Positions 8,099 to 16,387 of a stretch of DNA of 23,779 bases are shown piece after piece. Made by a program: the position numbers and the translations under genes. Under the pieces are notes generated by a model. The model ran no database searches. It was not told where the DNA came from and saw only the letters and a program-made list of their open reading frames with translations. How positions within the stretch are numbered: the first letter of the stretch is position 1; every line of letters starts with the position of its first letter. Source of the stretch: Candidatus Methanomethylicia archaeon. Lineage in GTDB: Archaea > Thermoproteota > Methanomethylicia > Nezhaarchaeales > B40-G2. The stretch is from contig JAPDJI010000033.1 in the NCBI GenBank assembly GCA_029259155.1, positions 1 through 23,779 on the forward strand. Reading direction: 5' to 3'.

Positions 8099-8542
8099 AT
8101 GGTAAAGGTAGACAAGTACGAGCTCCCTGACGACTTCTACTACTGGGGACGGAACCCTGACGGAAGCATTAGGGGGCGGACATGGGCAAAGCTTGAGCCA
8201 GACGGAAGGGTTAGAGTAGGCTTAACCGATAGAGGCCAAGACATGGCGGGCAAAATACTCTTCATTAGGCTTAGGCCTAAAGGTTCAGCGGTAGAGCAGG
8301 GTAAGCCTATAGGTACCATCGAGACAGCCAAGTGGACAGGTCCAATAGAGTCCCCGGTTAGCGGCACCATAGATGAGGTGAACGAGGAAATAAAGAGAAA
8401 GCCTGGACTGGTTAATGAGGACCCCTATGGGAAGGGTTGGATGGTAGTCATTAAGCCCTCTAAGCTAGATGAAGACCTTAAGTCCCTACTTCACGGAGAA
8501 GCTGCCGTAAAGTGGCTTGAAGAGGACTTAGCTAAGAAATAA
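8099..8542 (+). CDS. Glycine-cleavage H-like lipoyl-carrier protein (paralog 2)
   Basis: LPDDFYY, VRVGLTD, IETAKWTG (lipoyl Lys codon 8330-8332), SPVSG-x-I-x-EVN, VNEDPYGKGW. The ORF track starts at 8078; ATG 8099 fits family length better. Confidence 0.93.
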   Translation: MVKVDKYELPDDFYYWGRNPDGSIRGRTWAKLEPDGRVRVGLTDRGQDMAGKILFIRLRPKGSAVEQGKPIGTIETAKWTGPIESPVSGTIDEVNEEIKRKPGLVNEDPYGKGWMVVIKPSKLDEDLKSLLHGEAAVKWLEEDLAKK

Positions 8543-8562
8543 AAAAAGCTCAGCCTTTTTTT
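8541..8562. terminator. Bidirectional oligo-T terminator between convergent genes
   Basis: A7 (8541-8547), GCTCAGCC, T7 (8556-8562): one U-tract for each strand. Confidence 0.65.
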
Positions 8563-9289
8563 AAAGAGCCATGTTTACTATCTCCATTAAGTCATACAGC
8601 TTGATGGGCAGGTCCTCCCTGGCAATTATGTAGTAGAAGTTCATGTAACACGATGGGCAAGCCGACACTAAGGCTTCAGCTCCTGTTGGCAACACGTCGT
8701 TGCGTAGCCTAACCAGGCCGAGTTCCTGGGCCACGTCAGGATTAATGCCAAAGAGCCCTCCGCCTGCCCCACAGCATCTGGCAAGGTTTCTTGAGCTAGC
8801 CATTTCAACTAGCTCGAGCCCAGGTATAGCTTTCAGCACGTTCCTGGGGGCATCGTAGACGTTAGAGAGCCTACCCAGCTCGCATGGGTCATGGTAGGTC
8901 ACTTTCATCTTAAGCTCCTTGAACTTGACCTTTCCCTGCTTCAGAAGCTCTTCAATAAACTGGGAGGTATGTAGCACCTTGAAGCTTGGTTTAAGTTCCA
9001 GGTCCTCGAAGCCTTTAGTGAAGGCCCTATAACAGCCTGAACAGCCTGTCACCAATACGTCGGGCTTCTTCGAGTCGAGGACGCTAAGAACCCTCTTGGC
9101 GTTCTCCTTAGCCTCCTTCATCTGCCCAGTCAGTAATAGTAGGTCGCCGCAGCAGCCTTCTTGGTCGCCCAGCAGTATAGGGTTAACACCTATCTTTCTC
9201 AGCGCTTCCACCGAAGCCTTGGCAATGTCCGGGAACCTGAAGCTCGTTACGCAGCCTACCCAGTATAAGACGCGTTCCTCCGTCATCAC
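8561..9289 (-). CDS. Two-CCG-domain Fe-S protein (HdrB/HdrD/GlcF C-terminal type)
   Basis: Domain 1: YWVGC...EGCCG...TGCSGC. Domain 2: YHDPC...RCCGAGGG...SACPSC. All 10 Cys present. Start overlaps the upstream stop; SD GGAGGTG. Confidence 0.92.
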   Translation of the reverse strand: MMTEERVLYWVGCVTSFRFPDIAKASVEALRKIGVNPILLGDQEGCCGDLLLLTGQMKEAKENAKRVLSVLDSKKPDVLVTGCSGCYRAFTKGFEDLELKPSFKVLHTSQFIEELLKQGKVKFKELKMKVTYHDPCELGRLSNVYDAPRNVLKAIPGLELVEMASSRNLARCCGAGGGLFGINPDVAQELGLVRLRNDVLPTGAEALVSACPSCYMNFYYIIAREDLPIKLYDLMEIVNMAL

Positions 9290-11136
9290 TACGCACCTCC
9301 AAGCTCCTTTGCCAGCTCACCTCTAGGGGCGTTCTCTAGGCCGTAGATGTTGCCGTACTTCAGGATGTTCTCACCTAGTGCCTTGTGAACTGGGTTGATG
9401 TAACCTTTCTCCGCCAAGTCCCTCCTCATATGCTCTATTATATCCACAATCTTAATGCCGGGAGGACAGACTTGCATGCAGTGGCCGCACACCGTGCATA
9501 GGTCATAGGCCTGCCTCAGCGACTCAGAAGCCTCGACCTTATTTGTCAAGAAGTAGTAGGATAGGATCACCCTACCTCTGGCCCCCCTAGATTCAACGGT
9601 GAAGTAACTGAAGGTTGGGCATACAGCTCTGCAGAAGCCGCAGCGGAAACACCTTATAGATTCGTAAGCCCTCTTCAAGGCCTGGAACTCGCCCTTGAGC
9701 CTTGAGAGATAGGCGTAGAAGAAGTTGTCTGGGTCGTCCCGGGTCTCCACGTCCAAGCCCATCTTACCTGGGTTGAGGATGCCGTTAGGGTCTAGCGCCT
9801 TCTTTAGAGACCTCATGAGGTCTAGGCCTCGTCCAAGGGCCTCTCTAGCGAAAGGTATCTTAGATATGCCTATTCCATGCTCAGCCGAGAGAGCACCTCT
9901 ACGTTTAAGGACAACATCAAATATCTCCCTCTCCATCTTAAGCATCTTATTCCACTCTTCAGGGTTCGTCGGATCGATGATCATGGTCGGGTGGAGGTTT
10001 CCGTCGGCTGCGTGTCCGAAGGTGGGGCTTATTATCCCGTATTTCGCCGCTATGCTCTGAAAGTCCTTGATAGCGCCCTCGATCTCGGAGATCGGGACAC
10101 AGGGATCCTCAGCGAGGGGTATAAGGACGTAGCCCTCCTTTATCTTCGCCAACGACGGGACCAACGCCTTCCTAGCCGTCCAGAGCTTGAGGGATTCCTT
10201 AGGGTCGTCCGTCCAGTTAAAGTCCTTCGCCCCCATCTTCTTAGCTACCTCTTCAACCCTCCTCAGCTCGTCCTTAACGCTTCCCTCAGTCCCGTCCAGC
10301 TCCATAACTATGAAGCCTTCGCGGCTAGGCAAGCCAAGCTTAAAGACGTCGTTGACGACGTCGAGACATAGCTTGTCGAGCAGCTCCATGGCTGCTGGCC
10401 TCACCCCGGATAGTAAAATCTCGGTCACCGCCTTTCCAGCTTGGCTGAGCTGGTCAAAGAACATGGTTATCGTCATTCTATATCGAGGTATAGGAGCTAG
10501 CTTCAACAAGACCTCGGTAACTACGCCTAGCGTTCCTTCCGACCCTATGAAGAGCTGGGTCAAGTCATAGCCGGTAGACTGCTTTATCACCGGCCACCCA
10601 GTCCTCAACACCTCTCCGTTCGCTAACACCACCTCGAGGCCTAACACCCAGTTCCTCGTAGTGCCATATTTAGCTGCACGAACCCCGCTAGCGTTAGTAT
10701 TCACCATGCCTCCTATAGTACAGGCGGGGGAACTAGCAGGGTCAGGCGGGAAGAAGAAGCCGTACTTAGCTAATTCGGCATTAAGCCTGTCAAGGACGAT
10801 GCCGGGCTCCACGATAGCTACCAGATCATTTGGTCTAACTTCCTTAACTTTATTCATTCGTGTGAAGTCTATGATTATGCCTCCTCTCCTTGGCAGTATA
10901 GCGCCTATGACGCTGGTGCCCGCGCCTCTAGGGACGATTGGTATTTTGTTCTCGTTTGCATACTTCACTATCTCCACTACGTCATCCGTCGACTTAGGGA
11001 AAACTACCACGTCGGGTGTGTAGGTGAACGGGGACATGTCGCTTGAATAACAAAGCAGTGAGACCCTGTCGCTGATCACCCTGTCCTCTCCGACTATACC
11101 TTGGAGGTGTTCAGCCATCGAGGACAATTCATACAC
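9289..11136 (-). CDS. glcD: FAD-linked 2-hydroxyacid dehydrogenase (GlcD/D-lactate dehydrogenase family) fused to a C-terminal 2x[4Fe-4S] domain
   Basis: PRGAGTS, FFPPDPAS, TIGG-x-x-x-TNASG, KYG-x-TR, GYDL-x-x-LFIGSEGTLG, GHAADGNLH, SAEHGIG, LDP-x-x-ILNPGK; then CFRCGFCRAVCP and CTVCGHCMQVCP. Confidence 0.92.
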   Translation of the reverse strand: MYELSSMAEHLQGIVGEDRVISDRVSLLCYSSDMSPFTYTPDVVVFPKSTDDVVEIVKYANENKIPIVPRGAGTSVIGAILPRRGGIIIDFTRMNKVKEVRPNDLVAIVEPGIVLDRLNAELAKYGFFFPPDPASSPACTIGGMVNTNASGVRAAKYGTTRNWVLGLEVVLANGEVLRTGWPVIKQSTGYDLTQLFIGSEGTLGVVTEVLLKLAPIPRYRMTITMFFDQLSQAGKAVTEILLSGVRPAAMELLDKLCLDVVNDVFKLGLPSREGFIVMELDGTEGSVKDELRRVEEVAKKMGAKDFNWTDDPKESLKLWTARKALVPSLAKIKEGYVLIPLAEDPCVPISEIEGAIKDFQSIAAKYGIISPTFGHAADGNLHPTMIIDPTNPEEWNKMLKMEREIFDVVLKRRGALSAEHGIGISKIPFAREALGRGLDLMRSLKKALDPNGILNPGKMGLDVETRDDPDNFFYAYLSRLKGEFQALKRAYESIRCFRCGFCRAVCPTFSYFTVESRGARGRVILSYYFLTNKVEASESLRQAYDLCTVCGHCMQVCPPGIKIVDIIEHMRRDLAEKGYINPVHKALGENILKYGNIYGLENAPRGELAKELGGA

Positions 11137-11159
11137 CTGTCCCTCCTAGATTAAGTTCT

Positions 11160-11171
11160 TCATATATAAGA
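11160..11171 (-). promoter_or_regulatory. TATA-box candidate for the glcD-CCG operon
   Basis: Minus-strand CTTATATATG about 25-30 nt upstream of the GTG at 11136; SD AGGAGGG lies between them. Confidence 0.5.
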
Positions 11172-11211
11172 CTTCAATAGAAAATTAAAGAACCTGTAGA
11201 AAAGCGGAGAA

Positions 11212-11592
11212 TCAGTTTTTCTTCATACGTTCTCTCAAAAGCTCGCTTAAACCCTTGCGCTCCCCTTTCTTTTCATAGTATATCTTGGTGGGCATCCTAA
11301 CTCTCAACCCTAAGCTGAGGAAAATGCCGTAAAGTTCTTCACCTGTGATAGAGCCCACTATCTTGCCCTGCTTGATTAACCTCGCCAGCTCACGTACTAT
11401 CAGCTTAGTGACTTCTGGAAACTGCGCCTCAGCTGCTTCAAGCACCTCGATACCTCTACCAGCTAGGTGTTTGACCACTATGGATCTGGGGTCCTCCTCT
11501 ACGTCCTTTTTCTCCTTCTCAGTCACCATTTTACGTTGAAGCTCTAGCAGCTTCCTCATCTTCAACAGTTCCAGCTCATCGTCACTGGACGT
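11212..11592 (-). CDS. PDCD5-like double-stranded DNA-binding protein
   Basis: SSDDELELLKMRKLLELQRK N-terminal helix, followed by helical domain L-x-x-L-x-K-x-G-K-I-x-x-x-I-T-x-E-E-L. The ORF-track extension to 11715 looks non-coding. SD GAGGTGG lies 6 nt before an in-frame ACG at 11592. Confidence 0.8.
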   Translation of the reverse strand, partial: TSSDDELELLKMRKLLELQRKMVTEKEKKDVEEDPRSIVVKHLAGRGIEVLEAAEAQFPEVTKLIVRELARLIKQGKIVGSITGEELYGIFLSLGLRVRMPTKIYYEKKGERKGLSELLRERMKKN

Positions 11593-11713
11593 CGCGCACC
11601 ACCTCGATATAGAGTAAATGGTATAGTTATAACTCTCACGGTGTTCACTTGACCCAAAGGGTTTTTTAGTAGGCACAGTTTCCAAAACCAACGTTGAAGG
11701 CAGGAGAAATACC

Positions 11714-13237
11714 ATGGTGAAGAGGGAGGATTACGTAGACTTAGTATTTAGGGATGTGAAGGTAGACGAACACAACGCACCTCGCTTTTACCTAGATGGT
11801 GAGGAAGTGAATATTTGGGATGAGCCTTACATATATTATCACTCTAGGTCGCCCGCAGACTATGTACGTGAACATATAGTTCACTGCGAGGAAAAGGGCG
11901 TAGACCCCTTCCCAAGCGTCATTGGAAAACATAGGGAGAAGGAGCTTGTCAAGACCGCCCTCATGTCGGGGTCGGCCATCCTCTTCAAGGGGTTCAAGGG
12001 CTACGGTAAGACCACCTTCTCTAAGGCTATAGCTCAACTCTTACCTAGTAAGCTTCTAACCATCAAGGGATGTAAGATAAACGATGACCCCACCCATCCA
12101 ATATGCTTCTCCTGTAAACGTAAATTGACCGAGGAAGATAAGGTGGAGCTTACATGGGTTCCTAGAGTCTGGGTCCGTATCCCCGGAGACCCTATGATGA
12201 CTACGAGGCAGCTGATAGGAGGCATATCCATACAGAAGATTAGAGAGGGCTACGACCTAGATCATCCTGAGGTCTTCATACCTGGAAGGGCGCTGAAGGC
12301 AAACCGCGGTGTAGGATACTTTGACGAGCTGGGAGCTATACCTTCACAGCTACAGACCCTCCTACATGAACTCATAGAGGAAGGGCAGGTAACCACTACT
12401 GAAGGTGAGATCGTCCCGTTAAAGGTAGATTCGCTAGTGATAGCAGCCACTAACCCAGCCAACTATAGGGGCACCAACCCCATTAAGGAACCTCTCCTCG
12501 ATAGAATGGAAGTCATCGAGATAGGGCCACCTGAAACCTTGGAGGAAGAGGTCGAGATAGGTGTAAAGAACATGTTCATAGTCAGGGAAAAAGGCGAAAA
12601 CCCCTACATACCGCCTTGGCATGCACGTGTCCTAGCAAGGATCGTCAGGATAGCTAGGGATAAGGATAGATACGATATAGCCAGAAGGATAACCAGCGAG
12701 CCTTCATGTAGAGCCACCATTAAGCTTTTCGATCACGTTAGGTCCTCTGCCCTTAGAGACGGTAGAAGAGCGCCTCTCCTCAAGGATTATGGCCCATCTT
12801 ATGACCATGTAAAGCTAGCCCTTCTTGGAAGAATGGAAGTTAGCTACGAGGTAAAGGATAGGAAGGAGGAGATGATAGAGAGGCTCGTAGAGGAAGCTTT
12901 GAATATCTCTTTAAGAGAGCTCTATAACGCGATTCCTCAGGAAAACTTCGACGAGTTCCTAAAGGCGCTTAAAGCGTCAGCTATAAGCAATTACCGTATA
13001 CCAATATCTTTAGACTTCGTAGAGAAGCTCAAAGCTGAAAAGGCCATAAGAGAAGTGGTGTGCAAGCTTTTACCTGAAGCGTCTGAGAATGACGAATACT
13101 TCCTCTCAGCCGTTGAAATGGTATTAGAGGCCCTTTCAAGGTGCACTAACCTAATTAAAAGGGAGGGAGAAAGCTACTTGTTTAAGGATCTAGGAGTTGG
13201 AGGGGTTGAAGCCGGAGTGCAAACTATGCGAGGCTAA
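11714..13237 (+). CDS. AAA+ ATPase, ChlI/BchI-MoxR-like
   Basis: Walker A GFKGYGKT; ChlI-like GC-x-x-N-x-x-P-x-x-P-x-C-x-x-C insert; PG-x-x-x-KANRG; Walker B GYFDEL; ATNP; PLLDR arginine finger. SD AGGAG. Confidence 0.88.
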   Translation: MVKREDYVDLVFRDVKVDEHNAPRFYLDGEEVNIWDEPYIYYHSRSPADYVREHIVHCEEKGVDPFPSVIGKHREKELVKTALMSGSAILFKGFKGYGKTTFSKAIAQLLPSKLLTIKGCKINDDPTHPICFSCKRKLTEEDKVELTWVPRVWVRIPGDPMMTTRQLIGGISIQKIREGYDLDHPEVFIPGRALKANRGVGYFDELGAIPSQLQTLLHELIEEGQVTTTEGEIVPLKVDSLVIAATNPANYRGTNPIKEPLLDRMEVIEIGPPETLEEEVEIGVKNMFIVREKGENPYIPPWHARVLARIVRIARDKDRYDIARRITSEPSCRATIKLFDHVRSSALRDGRRAPLLKDYGPSYDHVKLALLGRMEVSYEVKDRKEEMIERLVEEALNISLRELYNAIPQENFDEFLKALKASAISNYRIPISLDFVEKLKAEKAIREVVCKLLPEASENDEYFLSAVEMVLEALSRCTNLIKREGESYLFKDLGVGGVEAGVQTMRG

Positions 13238-14471
13238 TAAGACCCTTTCCCAACTAATGGGGAGGGAAAACCTAGAGTCCCTACTCTATAGTCTCCTTAA
13301 CCCAGGCTACGCCCAGCTAAAGGATAGGATGAATAGGCCTAAGTTTAACTTGAGAAGCCTGCTCGAGAGGTTCCTCGACGAGAACAACCTTGACGACTTC
13401 GTGTTCAAGCAAGGTCTCTACATGAAGCAGTATCCTAGGGTTATCTGTAGCTGGGCTTATGACGAAAATTTCCGCAGAGCCAAGGAGAGAGCCTGGAGAG
13501 AACTGCTAGAGAAACTAGAAAAAGGAGAGATAAAGCCTTCAGACATACCCCTCCAACAACTCATAGAATACTTCCATGAAGAGCTCTTAGCTGCCTTAGA
13601 GGAGGAAGGCTACGTTAAACGAGAACGTGTGTCGCGTAGCTTTAGCCACTTTATGCACGTGCTACTCTTCACCGCTCGCGGAGAAGAGCTAATAGCTGAA
13701 AAGGTACTTGAAGAGGCGTTCAAGGACATGAGAGCGGCGAGTATCGGCCCACACGAATCTGACGAGACGGGGATCGGAATAACTCCTAGCTCAGTGCTCA
13801 TGGACTACGACGAGTATAAGCACACCTTCGACATGTTGGATATACCTGAGACCATGATAAACGCTGCCATAAAGCACCCTGAAGATCTAGACTTAACTGA
13901 AGATGTACTGAAAGCAAGGGTGCCCCTCCATAAGTCTAGGGCTTCTAATGTGATCTTAATTGACAAGTCTGGATCGATGTCCATGGGCTGTAGGATAGTG
14001 GGAGCGGTTGAGGCAGCACTAGGTTTACGGAGGTTGCTTGAAGCAGAGTATAAGGACGATAGGTTATGGGTAGTGGCCTACGACCATAACCTATACCCGC
14101 TTGAGCCTGGAGAGGTAGCTAATATATGGCCTTACGGCTGGACCGATATAGGCCAAGCCTTAGACTACGCCAGGCAGCTCCTATCCAGGGAGGAAGGAAG
14201 CAAGAACATCTTCCTGATAACCGACGGCCAGCCCACCACTACCTCTCATCCAGGCCAAACACCGCTTCAAAGCGCCTTGAGAGCATCAAACATGTTAAGG
14301 GAAGAGGGCATCAAACTAAACATAATAATGCTGGATAATAGGAGCCCCAGCCTTAGAAGCCTATGTGAAAAGATGGCTGAGCTGGCTGGAGACGCTAACA
14401 TAGCGTTTGTCGACAACCCCCTCAACCTTAAGTCATTCATAATAAAGAACTACAAGGAAATCAAGCGCTGA
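13197..14471 (+). CDS. von Willebrand factor A (VWA) domain protein, partner of the AAA+ ATPase
   Basis: MIDAS motif LIDKSGSM, WTDI-x-x-AL, FLITDGQP; DI-x-x-T-x-x-NA pre-VWA motif. Overlaps the ATPase 3' end. Confidence 0.88.
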   Translation: MEGLKPECKLCEANKTLSQLMGRENLESLLYSLLNPGYAQLKDRMNRPKFNLRSLLERFLDENNLDDFVFKQGLYMKQYPRVICSWAYDENFRRAKERAWRELLEKLEKGEIKPSDIPLQQLIEYFHEELLAALEEEGYVKRERVSRSFSHFMHVLLFTARGEELIAEKVLEEAFKDMRAASIGPHESDETGIGITPSSVLMDYDEYKHTFDMLDIPETMINAAIKHPEDLDLTEDVLKARVPLHKSRASNVILIDKSGSMSMGCRIVGAVEAALGLRRLLEAEYKDDRLWVVAYDHNLYPLEPGEVANIWPYGWTDIGQALDYARQLLSREEGSKNIFLITDGQPTTTSHPGQTPLQSALRASNMLREEGIKLNIIMLDNRSPSLRSLCEKMAELAGDANIAFVDNPLNLKSFIIKNYKEIKR

Positions 14472-16362
14472 AGGGGACGGCTTTCAAGGCTTCCTTTGCA
14501 ATGTACGCCGCGACGGGGCACACCTCATTACATATCCCACAGCCTGTACACCTTTCAGGGTCAACCCTAATGGTACCGTTAAGTTCAACGCAGCCAACTG
14601 GGCATTGGACCACGCACGAGCCACAACGGTTACAATACAAAGTTCTAGCCACTAGCTTAACGAGGTTTCGTAAAGCTTTCTCAGCCTCTTCCCTAGATTG
14701 CGCCTTAACCGTTAGCTTCCCCTTCACGCTTAATGTCGCACTCCAACCCTCCCCCTTAATCAAGAGGGCGTTCATCACCTTTCTTGCTCGAGCACCTCCT
14801 AATGTAGAGGCTAAGGCCTCCAGCGAGGACGTGTCAGGTGGAGGATGGAGCATAACTTCTAGGAGAGGTTCTTGGAGACAAAGAGAGCTCCTTTCAGTTA
14901 ATGATACCGTTAAGCCCACGCGTGAAACCTTCACTGAAGACCCCACCAGCTCTCTAACCCCAAGCCTCTCCGCCAACTTCTTCTGATCTCCAGGTAGTTG
15001 CCTCCACCTCCAGAAACCGTAGTTAACCCAAGCTTCAGGTAAACCTTTATCTCTAGCCCAGCGTGTCAGCCAGTCCTCCCATGTCTTCCATAGTTCAGGG
15101 TGAAGCTCCTCTACCAACTTAAACTCCGCTAGCTCGCATGATGGACACAGCCAGCAGCCAACCCTATCGAAGCCAGCTCTATAAAGTGGGTTAGCGTTCA
15201 CCTTCTCCTTCATTAAGTAGAGCCATACCTGAAGCGAAGACCAATCATTAATAGGTGAAGCTGTCAAAGAGCCTTTTATCCACCAGCTCTTCGACAAGGA
15301 GGGGGCCCTAGCTCTATTGAAGGATTCATACCTACGTTGTCCTAGAAAAGTCAAGGTACCTTTAAGGTAGGTCTGCTTAAGGAGCCTAGTTATCGGTATG
15401 AGCTTACAAACCTTACAGCACCAGCGATAGTCTCTTGAGGGAGGGCCGAAGGACTCTAGAGACTCCCAGAAAGCTTCGCCAGCCTCAGCTTTAAGCAGGT
15501 CTAAGTCAAAAGCTTCCGCTACTTCTTCCACGTGTTTAACGGTCTCAGGCATCTCCAGCCCTGTATCGTTGAAAAGCATAGGTAAGTCTCCAAGCTCTTT
15601 AAGACATAGTAGGAGGCAGGCTAGGCTATCCTTACCTCCGGAGAAGGAGATTATCTTAGGTCCCAAGTACTCCCTACTAACGCCTTTAAGGAAGGCGCGC
15701 GACCTAGCCTCAGCCTTCTCAAGAGCTCTTCGATTAGCCTCTAAAGCCTTGCTCCACGAGGCCGTAGCTTTCTTAACATGTGGTTTCTGTGGGCGCCAGA
15801 CCTTAACCACCTTTAAGCCCTCGCTCAACCACACTGCTAACCCAATAGGTAGCCCCCCGCTGGAGACAAGGTAAACATAGTGTCCTTCTTGGTTAGGCAG
15901 TTCCCCTTGCTTAACATCACTTCTCGAAAGCTTCCTCCACTGCTCCACCTTAACCTTCTCAAGCCGAGCCCAGTAACCTTCACCCTCGCTCCAAAGCCTA
16001 GCCGCCCCCTCAGCTGACAACTTAAATCTCCACTTTGAAAGCTCAGGGTTAAAGTACAGGGTTCCTATAGGCCAACCATCAACTATTACTTCGTCAGCCT
16101 GATCTACGTAAGCAACCTTATTCATCAACACCAGCTTACCCTGAGGTAAAAGCACTTGAGCCGCTCTTTCCCCTTCCTCTTCAGCTACAACCGTCCTGAT
16201 TATCCTTAAGTCCCTCTTGAAGCTTGGCCTAACGTCCTTTGGAGGCGAGGCGTGGAAACTCGTACCTTGTTCTCCGCATAGCCCACATTTAGGTTCTAGA
16301 AGCGGGACGTTGCAGTATCCACACCAGTATAGCTGAGCAGCTATTCTCCAAGGTCCTTTCAT
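14461..16362 (-). CDS. Phosphoadenosine-phosphosulfate-reductase-family multidomain protein (Zn ribbon, PUA-like region, PP-loop, C-terminal 2x[4Fe-4S])
   Basis: N-terminal WCGYCNVPL...CGLCG; SFSGGKDS; DTGLE; RWCCKVCK; GQRRYES-x-x-R; RVGCWLCP; C-terminal CNRCGSCVVQCP and CTGCGICNEVCP. Confidence 0.88.
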   Translation of the reverse strand: MKGPWRIAAQLYWCGYCNVPLLEPKCGLCGEQGTSFHASPPKDVRPSFKRDLRIIRTVVAEEEGERAAQVLLPQGKLVLMNKVAYVDQADEVIVDGWPIGTLYFNPELSKWRFKLSAEGAARLWSEGEGYWARLEKVKVEQWRKLSRSDVKQGELPNQEGHYVYLVSSGGLPIGLAVWLSEGLKVVKVWRPQKPHVKKATASWSKALEANRRALEKAEARSRAFLKGVSREYLGPKIISFSGGKDSLACLLLCLKELGDLPMLFNDTGLEMPETVKHVEEVAEAFDLDLLKAEAGEAFWESLESFGPPSRDYRWCCKVCKLIPITRLLKQTYLKGTLTFLGQRRYESFNRARAPSLSKSWWIKGSLTASPINDWSSLQVWLYLMKEKVNANPLYRAGFDRVGCWLCPSCELAEFKLVEELHPELWKTWEDWLTRWARDKGLPEAWVNYGFWRWRQLPGDQKKLAERLGVRELVGSSVKVSRVGLTVSLTERSSLCLQEPLLEVMLHPPPDTSSLEALASTLGGARARKVMNALLIKGEGWSATLSVKGKLTVKAQSREEAEKALRNLVKLVARTLYCNRCGSCVVQCPVGCVELNGTIRVDPERCTGCGICNEVCPVAAYIAKEALKAVPFSA

Positions 16363-16387
16363 TTAGCCACCCTAACACTACTCCGTA

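Noticed and set aside
9725-11023. Several 110-165 aa plus-strand ORFs opposite glcD, and similar antisense ORFs opposite other genes (e.g. 2873-3352, 7510-7881, 14501-14986, 19280-19750)
   Set aside because: Ser/Pro/Thr-rich antisense shadows typical of codon bias; no motifs or SD.
11160-11190. ATAAGACTTCAATAGAAAATTAAAG resembles Thermococcales CRISPR repeats
   Set aside because: Single copy, no spacers or cas genes; explained as the glcD promoter on the minus strand.
11593-11715. 41-aa N-terminal extension of the PDCD5-like ORF in the ORF track
   Set aside because: Spans the divergent promoter region and overlaps the ATPase start; composition is unlike the family; the SD and TATA lie inside it.
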